DNA of 35,533 nt from an uncultured virus (IMG/VR IMGVR_UViG_3300027741_000038) (IMGVR_UViG_3300027741_000038); one strand, 5' to 3'. Shown: positions 18,921 through 29,714, counted from the first letter of the stretch. The notes: generated from the sequence alone by a model not told the origin. Numbers and translations: made by a program.

Positions 18921-19847
18921 TTAATACCATAGATAAACAATTCCGTTGCCGCCGTTACCACCAGTACCTAGTGGGCCGCTTCCGCCACCACCGCCGCCAC
19001 CAAGTCCACCTTGTCCACCGTATACTCCAAGACCATCTGAACCAGCGCCAGCAAATCCTGCTCCTCCACCCGCGCCTCCGCCTGTACCAATTCCTCCTAC
19101 AGCCGCTATTGTTCTTCCGCTTGCTCCTACGCCACCTCTATAAAAATCTCCTGTACCTCCAGAACCACCAGTAATGGTTGCTGTAATACTTGTAGTAATG
19201 CCGCCACCACCGCCTCCGCCTATTAAACCTGAACCAGCAGGTCCGCCATTATTATTACCAGTAGTTACGTTCCCGTACCCACCACCGCCACCTGAAACTC
19301 CTGCGGCACCAGGTGCACCACCCGTGCTACCACTGTAAGTAGCGCCACCGCCAGCGTAAGAGATACCGACAGAACCGCCATTGGATGAGAAGCCACCAGG
19401 GGCTCCCGTATAACTTACTGCACCACCGCCACCAAAGCCTGATGTTCCTGCTCCACCACCTGCGCCACCTGGAATAACACCACCGCCGCCAGTAGAAGCA
19501 CCGCCTCCAAGTCCACCGCCACCTGCCATCACCATTCCATAAATAGAAATTCCACCTTGAGAGCCGCTGCTTGAGGAACCACCAGTGCCGCCTGCACCAA
19601 CAGTTACAGAGTTGGAGATATAAGTCCAACCTTGAGAGTACCCACCAGCACCTCCGCCGCCTGCGCCACCGCCACTGGAAGGAGCGCCACCTCCTCCTCC
19701 TCCTCCACCAATTACTACAGCCCATACACGGTTTATACCAGCAGGAATTGTTACTGAAAAAGTTCCAGGGGTAGAAAAGGTCTGTTGTAATTTAAGATTA
19801 TAGGGAGAATCAACAAATGATGAATTCTTATAAAAGTCTATGCTCAT
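18921..19847 (-). CDS. Glycine-rich adhesin-like protein, type A
   Basis: DSPYNLKLQ, IPAGINRVWAVVIGGGG, GWTYISN, SIYGMV; ends GNGIVYLWY. Confidence 0.75.
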   Translation of the reverse strand: MSIDFYKNSSFVDSPYNLKLQQTFSTPGTFSVTIPAGINRVWAVVIGGGGGGGGAPSSGGGAGGGGAGGYSQGWTYISNSVTVGAGGTGGSSSSGSQGGISIYGMVMAGGGGLGGGASTGGGGVIPGGAGGGAGTSGFGGGGAVSYTGAPGGFSSNGGSVGISYAGGGATYSGSTGGAPGAAGVSGGGGGYGNVTTGNNNGGPAGSGLIGGGGGGGITTSITATITGGSGGTGDFYRGGVGASGRTIAAVGGIGTGGGAGGGAGFAGAGSDGLGVYGGQGGLGGGGGGGSGPLGTGGNGGNGIVYLWY

Positions 19848-19856
19848 AATATTTTC

Positions 19857-20753
19857 CTAATAATAAAGTAGGATTACTCCATTTCCGCCATATGCTCCTA
19901 TTGTTCCTGCACCGCCGCCACCGCCTCCAAGTCCACCAGCGCCAGAATTAGTTAAAGTAGCATCTTTTCCATTACCTGCTATGCCTGCGCCACCGCCACC
20001 ATTACCATTGTTTTGTGCACCACCTATTGATATTGTATTAGTTATAAGATTAAATCCATTTCCACCAGCGCCGCCTATATTTAATGTACTTGAATTTAAT
20101 CCCATTCCGCCGCCGCCGCCAATCATTCCAGCACCGCCATTTCCACCAGTATTTGTTAATGAACCTGCTCCATAAGAATTACCAGCACCGCCGCCGCTAA
20201 TTCCACTTCCTCCATTGCCTCCAGATACACCATTTACATTAGAGGAAAGAGCACCACCACCGCCAGAACCATTACTACCATTTAAATTTGCAGCACTGCC
20301 TGCTGCGCCACCAGGCATACCCCAATAATTTGTTCCCCCAGCAGTTTGATTTATATTTGAGCCCTGACCACCACCAGTCATGGTTTGACCTGCATTATAA
20401 GAACCCCCACCATTTGTAAAAATACTTCCATATCGTGTATAACCTCCAAAACTGCCAGTATTGCCAGCGCCTACAATACAAGTTGGTACTGCAGGAGTCC
20501 ATCCCCAAGCAAGGCCGCCAGCACCGCCGCCTCCTATGAGCGTACCTGCCCCACCACCCGAACCGCCGCCTGCAACAATTGCATATACCCATTTTATATC
20601 TGAAGGTATTTTTACTGTTCCAGTAGATAATAAAGTTTGGCGCAATTGCAAACCATAAGGAGTAATAGTAGAATCAGTAGTAACAAAATTGGATGACGGA
20701 AACCAACTTGATACTTGTGTGCTAACTTCGCCTGCTTTTAATTGTTTATGCAT
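19857..20753 (-). CDS. Glycine-rich adhesin-like protein, type B
   Basis: GEVSTQVSSW, PYGLQL, WGWT, YTRYGSI, NYWGMP; ends GNGVILLYY. Confidence 0.75.
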   Translation of the reverse strand: MHKQLKAGEVSTQVSSWFPSSNFVTTDSTITPYGLQLRQTLLSTGTVKIPSDIKWVYAIVAGGGSGGGAGTLIGGGGAGGLAWGWTPAVPTCIVGAGNTGSFGGYTRYGSIFTNGGGSYNAGQTMTGGGQGSNINQTAGGTNYWGMPGGAAGSAANLNGSNGSGGGGALSSNVNGVSGGNGGSGISGGGAGNSYGAGSLTNTGGNGGAGMIGGGGGMGLNSSTLNIGGAGGNGFNLITNTISIGGAQNNGNGGGGAGIAGNGKDATLTNSGAGGLGGGGGGAGTIGAYGGNGVILLYY

Positions 20754-20759
20754 AATATG

Positions 20760-21659
20760 TCACCAGTAAAGGTAGATGATTCCGTTGCCACCTGAACCAC
20801 CTAATGAAACACCCGCGCCTGCACCGCCCCCACCTAAACCACCAGAACCGCCAGTTAATGTATTTGGGGCGTTTAAACCATTGCCCGCTACCCCAGCACC
20901 GCCTCCACCTGAGCCGTTAGTTGCGGAACTTAAACCTGTTCCGCCAATTGTAATTGCGCCAGTCAAGATATTGACCCCGTTACCGCCATTGCCGCCAACA
21001 TTTAAAGTAGAACCTGATTGGGCTCGTCCAGCGCCGCCACCAACAATTCCTAAACCACCATTTCCGCCTGTATTTGTTGCAGCACCTCCCGCTAATACAG
21101 AATTACCGCCACCGCCGCCTGAAATACCATCTCCACCCGCACCAGCCACAGTTCCATTTGCACCACTACTTCCACCGCCTGCCCCTGAACCTGAACCTCC
21201 TTTTGTCCCAGAAGAGCCAGCAGCACCACCAGGTATGCCCCAATAATTTGTTGAGCCTGAGGCATTACCGCCACCTGCGCCACCAAGTGCTCCCGAGGCT
21301 TGTTGCGCACCACCACCGCCAGCAAAAATGTTTCCATATCTTGTGTAATTTCCACCATTAGACCCTGGTGCGCCGCCAGCACCAACGACACAAGATGATG
21401 TTGCTATTGTCCAACCCCAAGCAACTCCACCTCCGCCTCCACCTGAAGTTGAACCAGCACCGCCGCCGCCGCCAACTGCGATGGCATAGACAAAGTTTAT
21501 TCCATCAGGAATAGCAACTGTTCCAGTAGATGTGATTGTTTTTCGCAAAGTTAAACCATATGGATTAACTAACGATGTGTAATAAGAAGTATTAGAAGAG
21601 GTTGGATTCCAAGAACTTACTTGGCTACCAGATTCTCCACGCTTTATAGGATTAGCCAT
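20760..21659 (-). CDS. Glycine-rich adhesin-like protein, type B
   Basis: GESGSQVSSW, PYGLTL, WGWT, YTRYGNI, NYWGIP; ends GNGIIYLYW. Confidence 0.75.
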   Translation of the reverse strand: MANPIKRGESGSQVSSWNPTSSNTSYYTSLVNPYGLTLRKTITSTGTVAIPDGINFVYAIAVGGGGGAGSTSGGGGGGVAWGWTIATSSCVVGAGGAPGSNGGNYTRYGNIFAGGGGAQQASGALGGAGGGNASGSTNYWGIPGGAAGSSGTKGGSGSGAGGGSSGANGTVAGAGGDGISGGGGGNSVLAGGAATNTGGNGGLGIVGGGAGRAQSGSTLNVGGNGGNGVNILTGAITIGGTGLSSATNGSGGGGAGVAGNGLNAPNTLTGGSGGLGGGGAGAGVSLGGSGGNGIIYLYW

Positions 21660-24600
21660 TAACTAAACACCTGCCCTGATATAACTCCTTGATCTGTGTC
21701 ATAAGTGGCGGCAATAGAAGTTCCTATTGGTCCTTGAATTCCTGTTAATCCTTGTAGCCCTTGATAATTTCCATAAGCTTCAAACCATTCAGTATCATCA
21801 TATACATAAGTTCTACCATCATTAGTATTTACCCAAACTTGACCACTATATAGAGGAGTTGGTTGAGTTGCACTAACATTAAATGTACCTTGTGTACCAA
21901 GAGTTCCTTGAATTCCTTGCAGTTGGGCAAAGCCAAAACCTTGTAAGCCTTGCAAACCTTGTGTGCCTTGTAAACCTGTATTACCTATTGCTCCTTGCAC
22001 ACCTTGAACACCATCTTGACCTATATATCCTGCAATACCTTGTGCACCAGTTATTCCTTGTGATCCCGTGCTTCCCGTTGTACCCTGTGTTCCTTGAATA
22101 CCCTGAATACCAAAATTACCCTGTACGCCCTGTGTTCCTTGCACACCTTGTGTGCCTTGAACTCCCTGTATACCTTGAGGGCCAGTTACACTAAGAGATC
22201 CATCACCCATAACATATTGTACAGATGTTCCACTTGTTGTTATATATTTAGTTGCAGTTATATTTCCAGAAGAGTCTACTTTTGCAAGTACAGCTGTTGT
22301 TGAATCTTGCCATTGTGTAAGATCTGCAGTTTGAGATGCTGCTCCTCTTGCTGTAAATGATACTACAGTAGATGCACCTGATATTGCACGAAGCGATGTT
22401 GAACCACCATTTACATCAAGTCCATTTTGAGCATAAATTCTTCCATCTGAAGCAATTCTTGCAACAGCTGTTCCTGAATTTATTTGCCATTGTTGTAAAT
22501 CAACTGATTGTGAATTTGCACCTCTAACAACAACTGGTATAACGTATGGAGCAAACGTTGTTGCATTAAAATAACCTAGGGTTCCACTTGAAAGTTTACC
22601 ACCAGAATATATGGTTGAAACAACTGCTGTTGTTGCAGTCATAGCACCATTTGCATCCCACCAAGTACTTAAGTTTCCAGCTGAATCTCTAAATTCCATC
22701 ATAGCTGCAGTTTGATTTGCAGCCGCCTTAATAATAATTCCACTATGTGACTTATCTGGTATTGTAACTGATAATCCAGCTGTTAGAGCTACTGTTCCAG
22801 TTCCCGTCGTTACCGTTGTATTTGTTGTATTTGCAACAGTGAAAGAATAAGATGATCCTGCAGTTACTGTGGCAACGGCGGTTACCTGGAAAGTTCCATT
22901 ATAACCTGTAGGAACAATGCCAGATACTGTTACATAATCTCCAATTGATAGCACTTGCAATGTTGATGTATAAGTATATGTTGCAGTAGTTGAAGTAAAT
23001 AAAACTGCAGTAATATTTGGTTGAACTGCACTATTTGTTAAAGCAGTTGATGATCCAATAACCATTTGACCTAACGCATTAACTGTTGATAAAACAGTGC
23101 TTGATGAATTTTGATATTGAACAAGATCAGCAGTTTGATTAGCAGTTCCTGGAATTAAAAGCTTTTGTTCTATAGCGCTTGAGTTGTTTCCAAGTGTCAG
23201 CTGTCTAATATTTGTATATTTTAATATACTGTTATTTCCGCTAACGTTAATATTTCCACTAGAGGTAAGGGATGTAACACTAAATCCTCCAGTTGAATCT
23301 ACTTTTGCAAGAACAGATCCGCTTGAAGTCCACCATTGCTGAATATCTGGAGTTGAACCACCAACAACTGCAAGACTTCCACCAGAAGTGTAAGTATCAG
23401 TAATTGATACGGAAACTGTAACAGTTGTAGAAGTAGCAGCAATTACAGGTGCATTAGTTACGTTAAAACCTGTACCTGCAGTAGCAGATGGATTATTAGC
23501 AGAAACTATATTTGTAACAGTAATATTTTGACCTATGGTAATTACTGAAGCGTTTGATGTTGTATAAACAATATTACCACCGCCTGCTGTAGCATTAGTA
23601 ACTGTTCCAGTAGACAAAGCTGCTTGTTGAACTGCTAGTGGCAATTGATTGCTTGACAAACCAATTATTCTTAATGCTGCGGCATTTAAGGTATTGCTTG
23701 TGTTATTTTGAGGAACGATATAAGAACCATTTGCATTCGAACCTCTAATTGTTGAACCTACATTTATATTTTGAGCTGTTAATTGTCCAGAAGTATATAA
23801 TGCGCTAGCAGTTAAAGCTCCCGCTGAATCTACTTTTGCAAGAACAGTTCCGCTAAGGTTTTGCCATTGTGTTAAATCGGGAGTTAATCCAGTTAGTTGA
23901 GTTGTTATTGTTCCGCCAGAGGTCCATGTATCAGTAAGTGCAGATGGGGCGGTAACTGTAATTGAAGTTGTGCTTGCAGCTGTAATTACTCCAGTTATAT
24001 TAAAACCTAATCCAGCAGTTGCGGAAGAATTTCCTGTAGATACAACACCAGTAATGGTTACTGTTTGCCCTACAGCAAATACTAGTGAAACATTTGATGT
24101 GTAAACAACTGATGTAGTACCATTAGCAGTTGCACCTTGTATTGATCCTGTTGATCCACCAGATGCTTTTACTGTTAAAGGCAGTTGTGTGCTGTATTGA
24201 GCAGCTAATACTGCACCGCCCGCATTAAGTGTATTACCCAAAAGATTGTTTAATTTTAAATTAACTCCATTAGATGCAGAACTACCAAATAGCCCTGTAG
24301 CAAGAATATTTCCTTGTGCAGAAAAAGTTCCATTTACGTTCATATTTCCATTAGGGCTTAAATAAGCAATAACTGACCCTGTACTGCTCTGCCATTCTTG
24401 TAAATTGACTGTTTGAGAAGTAGCGCCTTGAACAATTAAAGGAGTTGTAAATGGGCTTGTAGATGAAAACGCACCAATAGCACTTAGATAAGCATTTCCA
24501 GTATTTACGCTAACTGTGGTATTTGTTGTATTAGCACAAGTAAATGTATAAGCGCCAGACGTTCCACCAACTGATTGAATTACAAAAGTTCCATTATAAC

Positions 24601-26257
24601 CAGACGGAGTAAACCCTGTTATAGTTACTGTTGAGCCTGGTGAATAAGGGTTAGTTCCGTATGTATTGGTTGAGTTATATGTAACAGTTGTACTGGTAAA
24701 AGAGGTAATAGTTACACCAGACGCAGTTCCACCTACAGTATTTGATGAAGTTTTTCCAACATAAATCTGTCCTGCGGGATTTACGCCTGATAAAACTGTA
24801 CCTGCGGAATTTTTATTTTGAATCAAATCTCCAGTTTGAGAAGCTGTTCCTTTTATTTCTAAAAGAAGATTGGGCGCATAGCCGCTTGCAATACTTTGAT
24901 AACCCGAAGTTATTTTTCCGCCACCTACGCTGGCATTACCGCTTGAATCTACTCTAAAATAGCCGCCGTTTGTAGCAGTTGCGTTTAATATATTTTGAGA
25001 ACCAGCAAAAGCGGTTAAAGTTAAAGGTACAACTGCGCTAGTAGGAGCAAAAGTATTGGCGGCAGTAAATGTATTTGTTGTTCCTTGAATTGCTGAACCA
25101 TCAATTCCTTGAATTCCCTGTATTCCTTGTGTACCTTGAATTCCATTAAAACCTTGTAAGCCTTGAATTCCATTTGTACCTTGAATGCCTTGTACACCTT
25201 GCGTACCCTGTAAACCTTGTGTTCCCTGTGTTCCTTGCGCTCCAGTTGTTCCTTGAATACCTACGGCGGTGGTAACTAAAATTACTTGATGATTATTAGA
25301 AAAACCAGTAATACCCAATCCTAATCCTTCTACATATGTTACTGGAATTTGAACATAGGTATTATTTCCTGGATTAATAGTTCCACTTACTATAAATTTT
25401 TGATAATTGTTAGAATCATTTTGATCTTGAATAAATACATTATCATTTACTTTTAATAGCGCTAAGAACATATCTATATCAATACTAAGCCTTGTTAAAT
25501 GATTAATATATAAAGCAGTAGAATTTATTTGAGTAGCATTATTGTATCTTATATCTCCATTTGCTGGCTGTGCATTAGTTGTGCTATTTGCATCAATCTT
25601 ATACTCAAAATAGCTAGAGGATACTCCACTTGCTCCAGTTACTCCTTGAGTACCTTGAATTCCCGTCGTTCCTTGCATACTTTGTATGCCTTGAATTCCT
25701 TGTAATCCTTGTGTTCCTTGAACACCTTGAATACCTTGTGTTCCTTGAACACCTTGAATACCTTGTGTGCCTTGCACACCTTGAATACCTTGTGTTCCTT
25801 GAACACCTTGAATGCCTTGTGTGCTTTGTACGCCCTGTGTTCCTTGAACACCCTGAATGCCCTGAATACCTTGTGTTCCTTGAACACCTTGAATGCCTTG
25901 TGTGCCTTGCACACCTTGAATACCTTGTGTTCCTTGAACACCTTGAATACCTTGTGTGCTTTGTACGCCCTGTGTTCCTTGAACACCCTGAATGCCTTGT
26001 GTGCCTTGCACACCCTGTGTGCCCTGTGTACCCTGCACACCTTGCATGCCTTGCACACCTTGTGTGCCTTGCGTACCTTGTGGTCCTTGCAAACCCTGAA
26101 CGCCTTGTATTCCTTGTAATTGTGCATATCCAAAACCTTGTGCACCTTGTGCACCAGTTGGACCCTGATATCCAGATGTTGATAATATTACTTCGTTATT
26201 AGTTTCTACAACAGTTATTTCATTGTTCTGTTGATTAATATAAATATTATCTGTCAT
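21659..26257 (-). CDS. Long collagen-like fibre protein, 1532 aa
   Basis: Three G-X-Q tracts, multiple QTADL-x-QWQ...VLAKVDS repeats and beta modules, GQVWVNT..GRTYVY motif; ends [13 protein letters not shown]. Confidence 0.8.
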   Translation of the reverse strand: MTDNIYINQQNNEITVVETNNEVILSTSGYQGPTGAQGAQGFGYAQLQGIQGVQGLQGPQGTQGTQGVQGMQGVQGTQGTQGVQGTQGIQGVQGTQGVQSTQGIQGVQGTQGIQGVQGTQGIQGVQGTQGIQGIQGVQGTQGVQSTQGIQGVQGTQGIQGVQGTQGIQGVQGTQGIQGVQGTQGLQGIQGIQSMQGTTGIQGTQGVTGASGVSSSYFEYKIDANSTTNAQPANGDIRYNNATQINSTALYINHLTRLSIDIDMFLALLKVNDNVFIQDQNDSNNYQKFIVSGTINPGNNTYVQIPVTYVEGLGLGITGFSNNHQVILVTTAVGIQGTTGAQGTQGTQGLQGTQGVQGIQGTNGIQGLQGFNGIQGTQGIQGIQGIDGSAIQGTTNTFTAANTFAPTSAVVPLTLTAFAGSQNILNATATNGGYFRVDSSGNASVGGGKITSGYQSIASGYAPNLLLEIKGTASQTGDLIQNKNSAGTVLSGVNPAGQIYVGKTSSNTVGGTASGVTITSFTSTTVTYNSTNTYGTNPYSPGSTVTITGFTPSGYNGTFVIQSVGGTSGAYTFTCANTTNTTVSVNTGNAYLSAIGAFSSTSPFTTPLIVQGATSQTVNLQEWQSSTGSVIAYLSPNGNMNVNGTFSAQGNILATGLFGSSASNGVNLKLNNLLGNTLNAGGAVLAAQYSTQLPLTVKASGGSTGSIQGATANGTTSVVYTSNVSLVFAVGQTVTITGVVSTGNSSATAGLGFNITGVITAASTTSITVTAPSALTDTWTSGGTITTQLTGLTPDLTQWQNLSGTVLAKVDSAGALTASALYTSGQLTAQNINVGSTIRGSNANGSYIVPQNNTSNTLNAAALRIIGLSSNQLPLAVQQAALSTGTVTNATAGGGNIVYTTSNASVITIGQNITVTNIVSANNPSATAGTGFNVTNAPVIAATSTTVTVSVSITDTYTSGGSLAVVGGSTPDIQQWWTSSGSVLAKVDSTGGFSVTSLTSSGNINVSGNNSILKYTNIRQLTLGNNSSAIEQKLLIPGTANQTADLVQYQNSSSTVLSTVNALGQMVIGSSTALTNSAVQPNITAVLFTSTTATYTYTSTLQVLSIGDYVTVSGIVPTGYNGTFQVTAVATVTAGSSYSFTVANTTNTTVTTGTGTVALTAGLSVTIPDKSHSGIIIKAAANQTAAMMEFRDSAGNLSTWWDANGAMTATTAVVSTIYSGGKLSSGTLGYFNATTFAPYVIPVVVRGANSQSVDLQQWQINSGTAVARIASDGRIYAQNGLDVNGGSTSLRAISGASTVVSFTARGAASQTADLTQWQDSTTAVLAKVDSSGNITATKYITTSGTSVQYVMGDGSLSVTGPQGIQGVQGTQGVQGTQGVQGNFGIQGIQGTQGTTGSTGSQGITGAQGIAGYIGQDGVQGVQGAIGNTGLQGTQGLQGLQGFGFAQLQGIQGTLGTQGTFNVSATQPTPLYSGQVWVNTNDGRTYVYDDTEWFEAYGNYQGLQGLTGIQGPIGTSIAATYDTDQGVISGQVFS
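25637..26175 (-). repeat. 9-bp-unit repeat array encoding G-X-Q collagen, with higher-order duplication
   Basis: NNNCCTTG(T/A/C)-type units on the plus strand; the block GTGCTTTGTACGCCCTGTGTTCCTTGAACACCCTGAATGCC recurs at 25821 and 25956 (135-bp period). Confidence 0.85.
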
Positions 26258-26601
26258 TATAGTATGGTGTTAGGCCTAACCTGAAACCATCCTTGTACAA
26301 GAGTTTTACGCCTTAAACTTGCATCTATAGATATGATCTGATATTTAGATTTTGGTAAATTAAATTTATTTGTTTGAGCTGGGGTTAACTCAACATGAAT
26401 AACGCCTGTTCCAGTAACTGTAATTCCGCTACCTAGGCTTGCGGTAGCACATAAAACGCTTCCGCCTTCTCTATCTCTTACTTCCATTAGGAAATTGTAT
26501 CCAGTGAAATTGATTAATGCTCCTGCTGAATCTTTTACAGTTATGTCAACGGACCACGTATCATTTTGGATAATATCATAATTGATTTCTTGAATTGCCA
26601 T
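26257..26601 (-). CDS. Small beta-sandwich structural protein (BppU-N/LtfC-like)
   Basis: IIQNDTW...INFTGY..LMEVRD...I.VELTPAQT pattern; first gene of the fibre operon. Confidence 0.65.
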   Translation of the reverse strand: MAIQEINYDIIQNDTWSVDITVKDSAGALINFTGYNFLMEVRDREGGSVLCATASLGSGITVTGTGVIHVELTPAQTNKFNLPKSKYQIISIDASLRRKTLVQGWFQVRPNTIL

Positions 26602-26637
26602 TTATGCACCCCAATATATATATAGATTTACATAGTC

Positions 26638-26646
26638 ATTCTACCA
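26638..26646 (-). promoter_or_regulatory. Extended -10 promoter TGGTAGAAT for the fibre operon
   Basis: Intergenic, just downstream of the terminator; same TGG-TAnnnT form as 6675, 11320 and 28697. Confidence 0.55.
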
Positions 26647-26663
26647 TTTAAAGGTTCTAAAAC

Positions 26664-26697
26664 ATAGAAAACCCGCCCTGTGGAGGAGGGCGGGTTT
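26664..26697 (-). terminator. Intrinsic terminator hairpin after nrdJ
   Basis: 11-bp perfect stem AAACCCGCCCT/AGGGCGGGTTT with a 7-nt loop; on the minus strand the stem ends in a TTTTCTATGTTTT run. Confidence 0.8.
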
Positions 26698-26725
26698 ATG
26701 TGGATTGGTGTCCTTTTATATTATA

Positions 26726-28660
26726 TCAGCTTTGACCAATATCTACTATTTCGCATTCACCCGAAACACACGCCAATGCTTGTGTTCCAGTTGTTGAATC
26801 TTCTAATTCATATAGTGATAATGCTTCCCAGTTAATAGATGTAGGCATCTTAGAAACTAGCTCGTTATAAGCATTTTCATCAACTTCTTGATATGGGGCT
26901 TGAGCATATGTGTGGTCAGAATATGGAAGGAATGAAATTCCAGAGCACTCGTCAAAATGCTTATAAACCCATGCTCCAACTTCCATCCACTCATCTTCTT
27001 TAACGGTAATAGTTACAGAAGGCTTGTGCTCACACCAATGGCGTTGATATGTAAGCCAAATCTCAAGTTGTTGAATTGCATTAACTTTATCTCTAGTAAT
27101 AGCATTTGAAGGTGCTTTTACTGGAAATGAAAATACAATTGTATCTTGTGGCTTCATTACATCATCTTCTGCAGGAATACCTGAATCTTTAAGAAATTGA
27201 GTAATAGGATCTTTCTTATCCCCACGAACTGTTCTAATATAATATTCTGAATGCCATGGATGCATTCCTGAAGATACCCCGACCAATTGGGACACTGTGC
27301 CTGAAGGCTTTACGCAAGTGATTGCTGCTGAGGCGGGAATCCCAATTTTCTCTGCCTCTTCAATATTTGTTGCAAGTGCATACTCACGAAGTCTATTTAA
27401 AGTATCACCAAGCTTATTCATTCCGTCTTGTCCAGAAAAGAATTTGTTTCCAAATTGACCAGTAAGTGAAACTCCAAGTAGGCGTTCTTCTTCGGTGTTG
27501 TCCTTCCAAATCTTACGAATATACTTAAAGTCTGTAAGTGTTGATTGCCATGTTCCTAGAATTGTTGCAAGGCGAACTTTATTTGCAACAGTTTGAGGTG
27601 TATCTTCTTCACGTAATACGACTTCTGAAAGATTACAAAACTGATAAGGACGGAGAATGATTTCCGAGCAAGGGTTTGTTCCATAATGAATCTCTTCAGA
27701 ACGACGACCATATTTGGCTGCTTGCTTTTGTGCTGCTGCCACATTATAGATACCTCTTTCGCCTGACTTTGAATCATAGAGTGATTTCCATTCTGCTATA
27801 AATTGAGCCATCTCTGGCTTGCGTGAATATGCAACAGAATTATTTGCTAATGCACGTTGTGCATTTGATTCCCACCAATTACCAGCTTTTGCTGCTGCCA
27901 TTTCAATATCATTAATATTAGAAAGAGAAATTAATGCTGAACGACGTACTCCTCCAACAACTACAACTTCTCCAATTTTACACATAATATCGTGAGCTTC
28001 AATTGGCTTAAGTTGACGACCAAGTGCTCCCTTAAAAATTTTGATTGTAAAATCAAAAAGATTTACTAATGGTTGTGGCCCAGATGATCTTCCGCCCATA
28101 GTTTTAAGACGAGCACCAGAAGGACGAACCTTGCTAATGTCAATCTGTGGAATTTGTCCTGCCCAAAGAAGTGAAAGAAGTTCACGGTAGGCTTTAGCCC
28201 AACCTTCTTTTGAATCCCCAACATTGATTACAGTATTTGATTTTTCTAAAGTTTCTGGAAGGGAGGGAAGCTTATTAACGTACTTATATTCAACAGAAAA
28301 TCCAACACCAGTACCACACATAAGAATATACATTGCTTCATCAAATGAACGAGCATTGTCTACTGGAATAAATGAACAGTTATATCCCGCAACATTTTCT
28401 CTTTCTAATGCTGGACCTGCAGTCATTACAGAACGCATTGAAGGCATTACATTACGATTAAATACTGCATCTTTAAGTTCTGCTACAAGTGCATCATCTG
28501 CAACATAACCATGATTATCACGAAGATGACCCTGCATAAAATTAAAGTAACGATCTACTGTTTCACCCCATGTTTCACGACGATTTTCACTTTCTAACCA
28601 TCTTGCATAACGAGATAGTGCAATAAAGTTTTCATACGGGTTTTCAATAGTTCTAGACAT
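26726..28660 (-). CDS. nrdJ: Class II (adenosylcobalamin-dependent) ribonucleotide reductase, monomeric RTPR-like
   Basis: RRETWGETV, YNCS, VVVGGVRRSA, TNPCSEI, CNLSE, TCVKPSGTVSQL, C-terminal ACVSGECEI; no beta subunit adjacent. Confidence 0.93.
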   Translation of the reverse strand: MSRTIENPYENFIALSRYARWLESENRRETWGETVDRYFNFMQGHLRDNHGYVADDALVAELKDAVFNRNVMPSMRSVMTAGPALERENVAGYNCSFIPVDNARSFDEAMYILMCGTGVGFSVEYKYVNKLPSLPETLEKSNTVINVGDSKEGWAKAYRELLSLLWAGQIPQIDISKVRPSGARLKTMGGRSSGPQPLVNLFDFTIKIFKGALGRQLKPIEAHDIMCKIGEVVVVGGVRRSALISLSNINDIEMAAAKAGNWWESNAQRALANNSVAYSRKPEMAQFIAEWKSLYDSKSGERGIYNVAAAQKQAAKYGRRSEEIHYGTNPCSEIILRPYQFCNLSEVVLREEDTPQTVANKVRLATILGTWQSTLTDFKYIRKIWKDNTEEERLLGVSLTGQFGNKFFSGQDGMNKLGDTLNRLREYALATNIEEAEKIGIPASAAITCVKPSGTVSQLVGVSSGMHPWHSEYYIRTVRGDKKDPITQFLKDSGIPAEDDVMKPQDTIVFSFPVKAPSNAITRDKVNAIQQLEIWLTYQRHWCEHKPSVTITVKEDEWMEVGAWVYKHFDECSGISFLPYSDHTYAQAPYQEVDENAYNELVSKMPTSINWEALSLYELEDSTTGTQALACVSGECEIVDIGQS

Positions 28661-28694
28661 TTAATTTATTCTCCTCAGATTTTTAGATAGACTC

Positions 28695-28711
28695 CTAGTG
28701 TACCACACTAG
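28695..28711 (-). promoter_or_regulatory. nrdJ extended -10 promoter TGGTACACT embedded in the palindrome CTAGTGT-ACC-ACACTAG
   Basis: Perfect 7-bp inverted arms; located 35 bp upstream of the nrdJ start. Confidence 0.55.
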
Positions 28712-28715
28712 AATT

Positions 28716-29714
28716 TTAAAAATGGTCTTTTTGAATTTTTTTCAATCTCTCAACTGCAGGTTTAGAGACCTTGTCCCAATTGTAATCTTTATGTATAAGA
28801 AAAGAATTCTTATATGCTAAATCAGAATATGTTTCATAATTTTTAGCAACATCTTCCATATAAAATTTTAATTGCAGCGCATCAGGTTTCAAAAGTAATC
28901 CTGGATGAATATCTGGCCAAGGTGATTGCCACCATGTTGAATTTAAAGGCATATGGATATATTTTGCATATGTTGCCCAAGCTTCTGTACATATTGTTGG
29001 AATTCCCATAGCCATTGCTTGTAATGGATTAAATCCAAATCCCTCGCCCCAACTAGGGTAAACAAAAACATCACACATGTCATACAATTCAATCATTTGT
29101 TCTGGAGACAATTTGCTTTCTATAATTTTAATATTTTTATAAAATACGTTTGGGCTTCCGTCATATTCTTTTGTAATTGGATCTTTAACTCTTGTTGTAT
29201 TCATTCTTGTGCATTTTAAAATCAATTCGTAATTTGGATTATCTCCATAAAGCTCAACAAAAGTATTAACGACTAGTTGTGCATCCTTTCTGTCTGATGG
29301 ACCACCAACATGTAAAAATCTAAATGGGCGGGATGAATCAATTGAGCGTTTCTTAGGAATCCAATCATCTAAAATACCATGCTCGTATACAAATATGGGT
29401 TTATCTGTGTGCTTAGAAAAAATTTCTGCACACCAAGGAGATGTTGTCCAAAATTCATCAATATGAGCTAAAGCGTGATGCCATCCAAAAAGTAATTCTG
29501 TAGATTCCCAAGGTGTATAACCAATCTTATATTGATCTTTACCAAAAAGGTACATATGTGGCATATTAAAAGCAATACCAATATTTGTTTCTTTTGATTT
29601 AATTAAACATTCTACGCCTAGATTTTTAAATGAATTAAATATATGAAATGACGCTTCACCATAGCCTACATTGCGATCCATGTATTGTGGTGCACCTGTA
29701 AATGATACTTGCAT
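28716..29714 (-). CDS. GT-B glycosyltransferase, family 4-like
   Basis: GYTPWES, FLHVG...RK, FVYPSWGEGFGFNPLQAMAMGIPTI. Start reassigned to the ATG at 29714 behind AGAAAG. Confidence 0.88.
   Translation of the reverse strand: MQVSFTGAPQYMDRNVGYGEASFHIFNSFKNLGVECLIKSKETNIGIAFNMPHMYLFGKDQYKIGYTPWESTELLFGWHHALAHIDEFWTTSPWCAEIFSKHTDKPIFVYEHGILDDWIPKKRSIDSSRPFRFLHVGGPSDRKDAQLVVNTFVELYGDNPNYELILKCTRMNTTRVKDPITKEYDGSPNVFYKNIKIIESKLSPEQMIELYDMCDVFVYPSWGEGFGFNPLQAMAMGIPTICTEAWATYAKYIHMPLNSTWWQSPWPDIHPGLLLKPDALQLKFYMEDVAKNYETYSDLAYKNSFLIHKDYNWDKVSKPAVERLKKIQKDHF

Noticed and set aside
18128..21391. Pro-, His- or Trp/Arg-rich ORFs overlapping the glycine-rich genes (also 8695-9723)
   Set aside because: Frame and antisense shadows of GGN codon runs.
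8591..21659. Diversity-generating retroelement or invertible shufflon acting on the glycine-rich paralogues
   Set aside because: No reverse transcriptase or recombinase in the window, all copies are co-oriented, and I saw no adenine-specific TR/VR pair.
26726..28660. Intein or intron in nrdJ
   Set aside because: The ORF is continuous, 644 aa, with normally spaced motifs.
28695..28711. NrdR box upstream of nrdJ
   Set aside because: The palindrome does not fit the 16-bp NrdR consensus and is not tandem; kept only as a promoter-overlapping palindrome.
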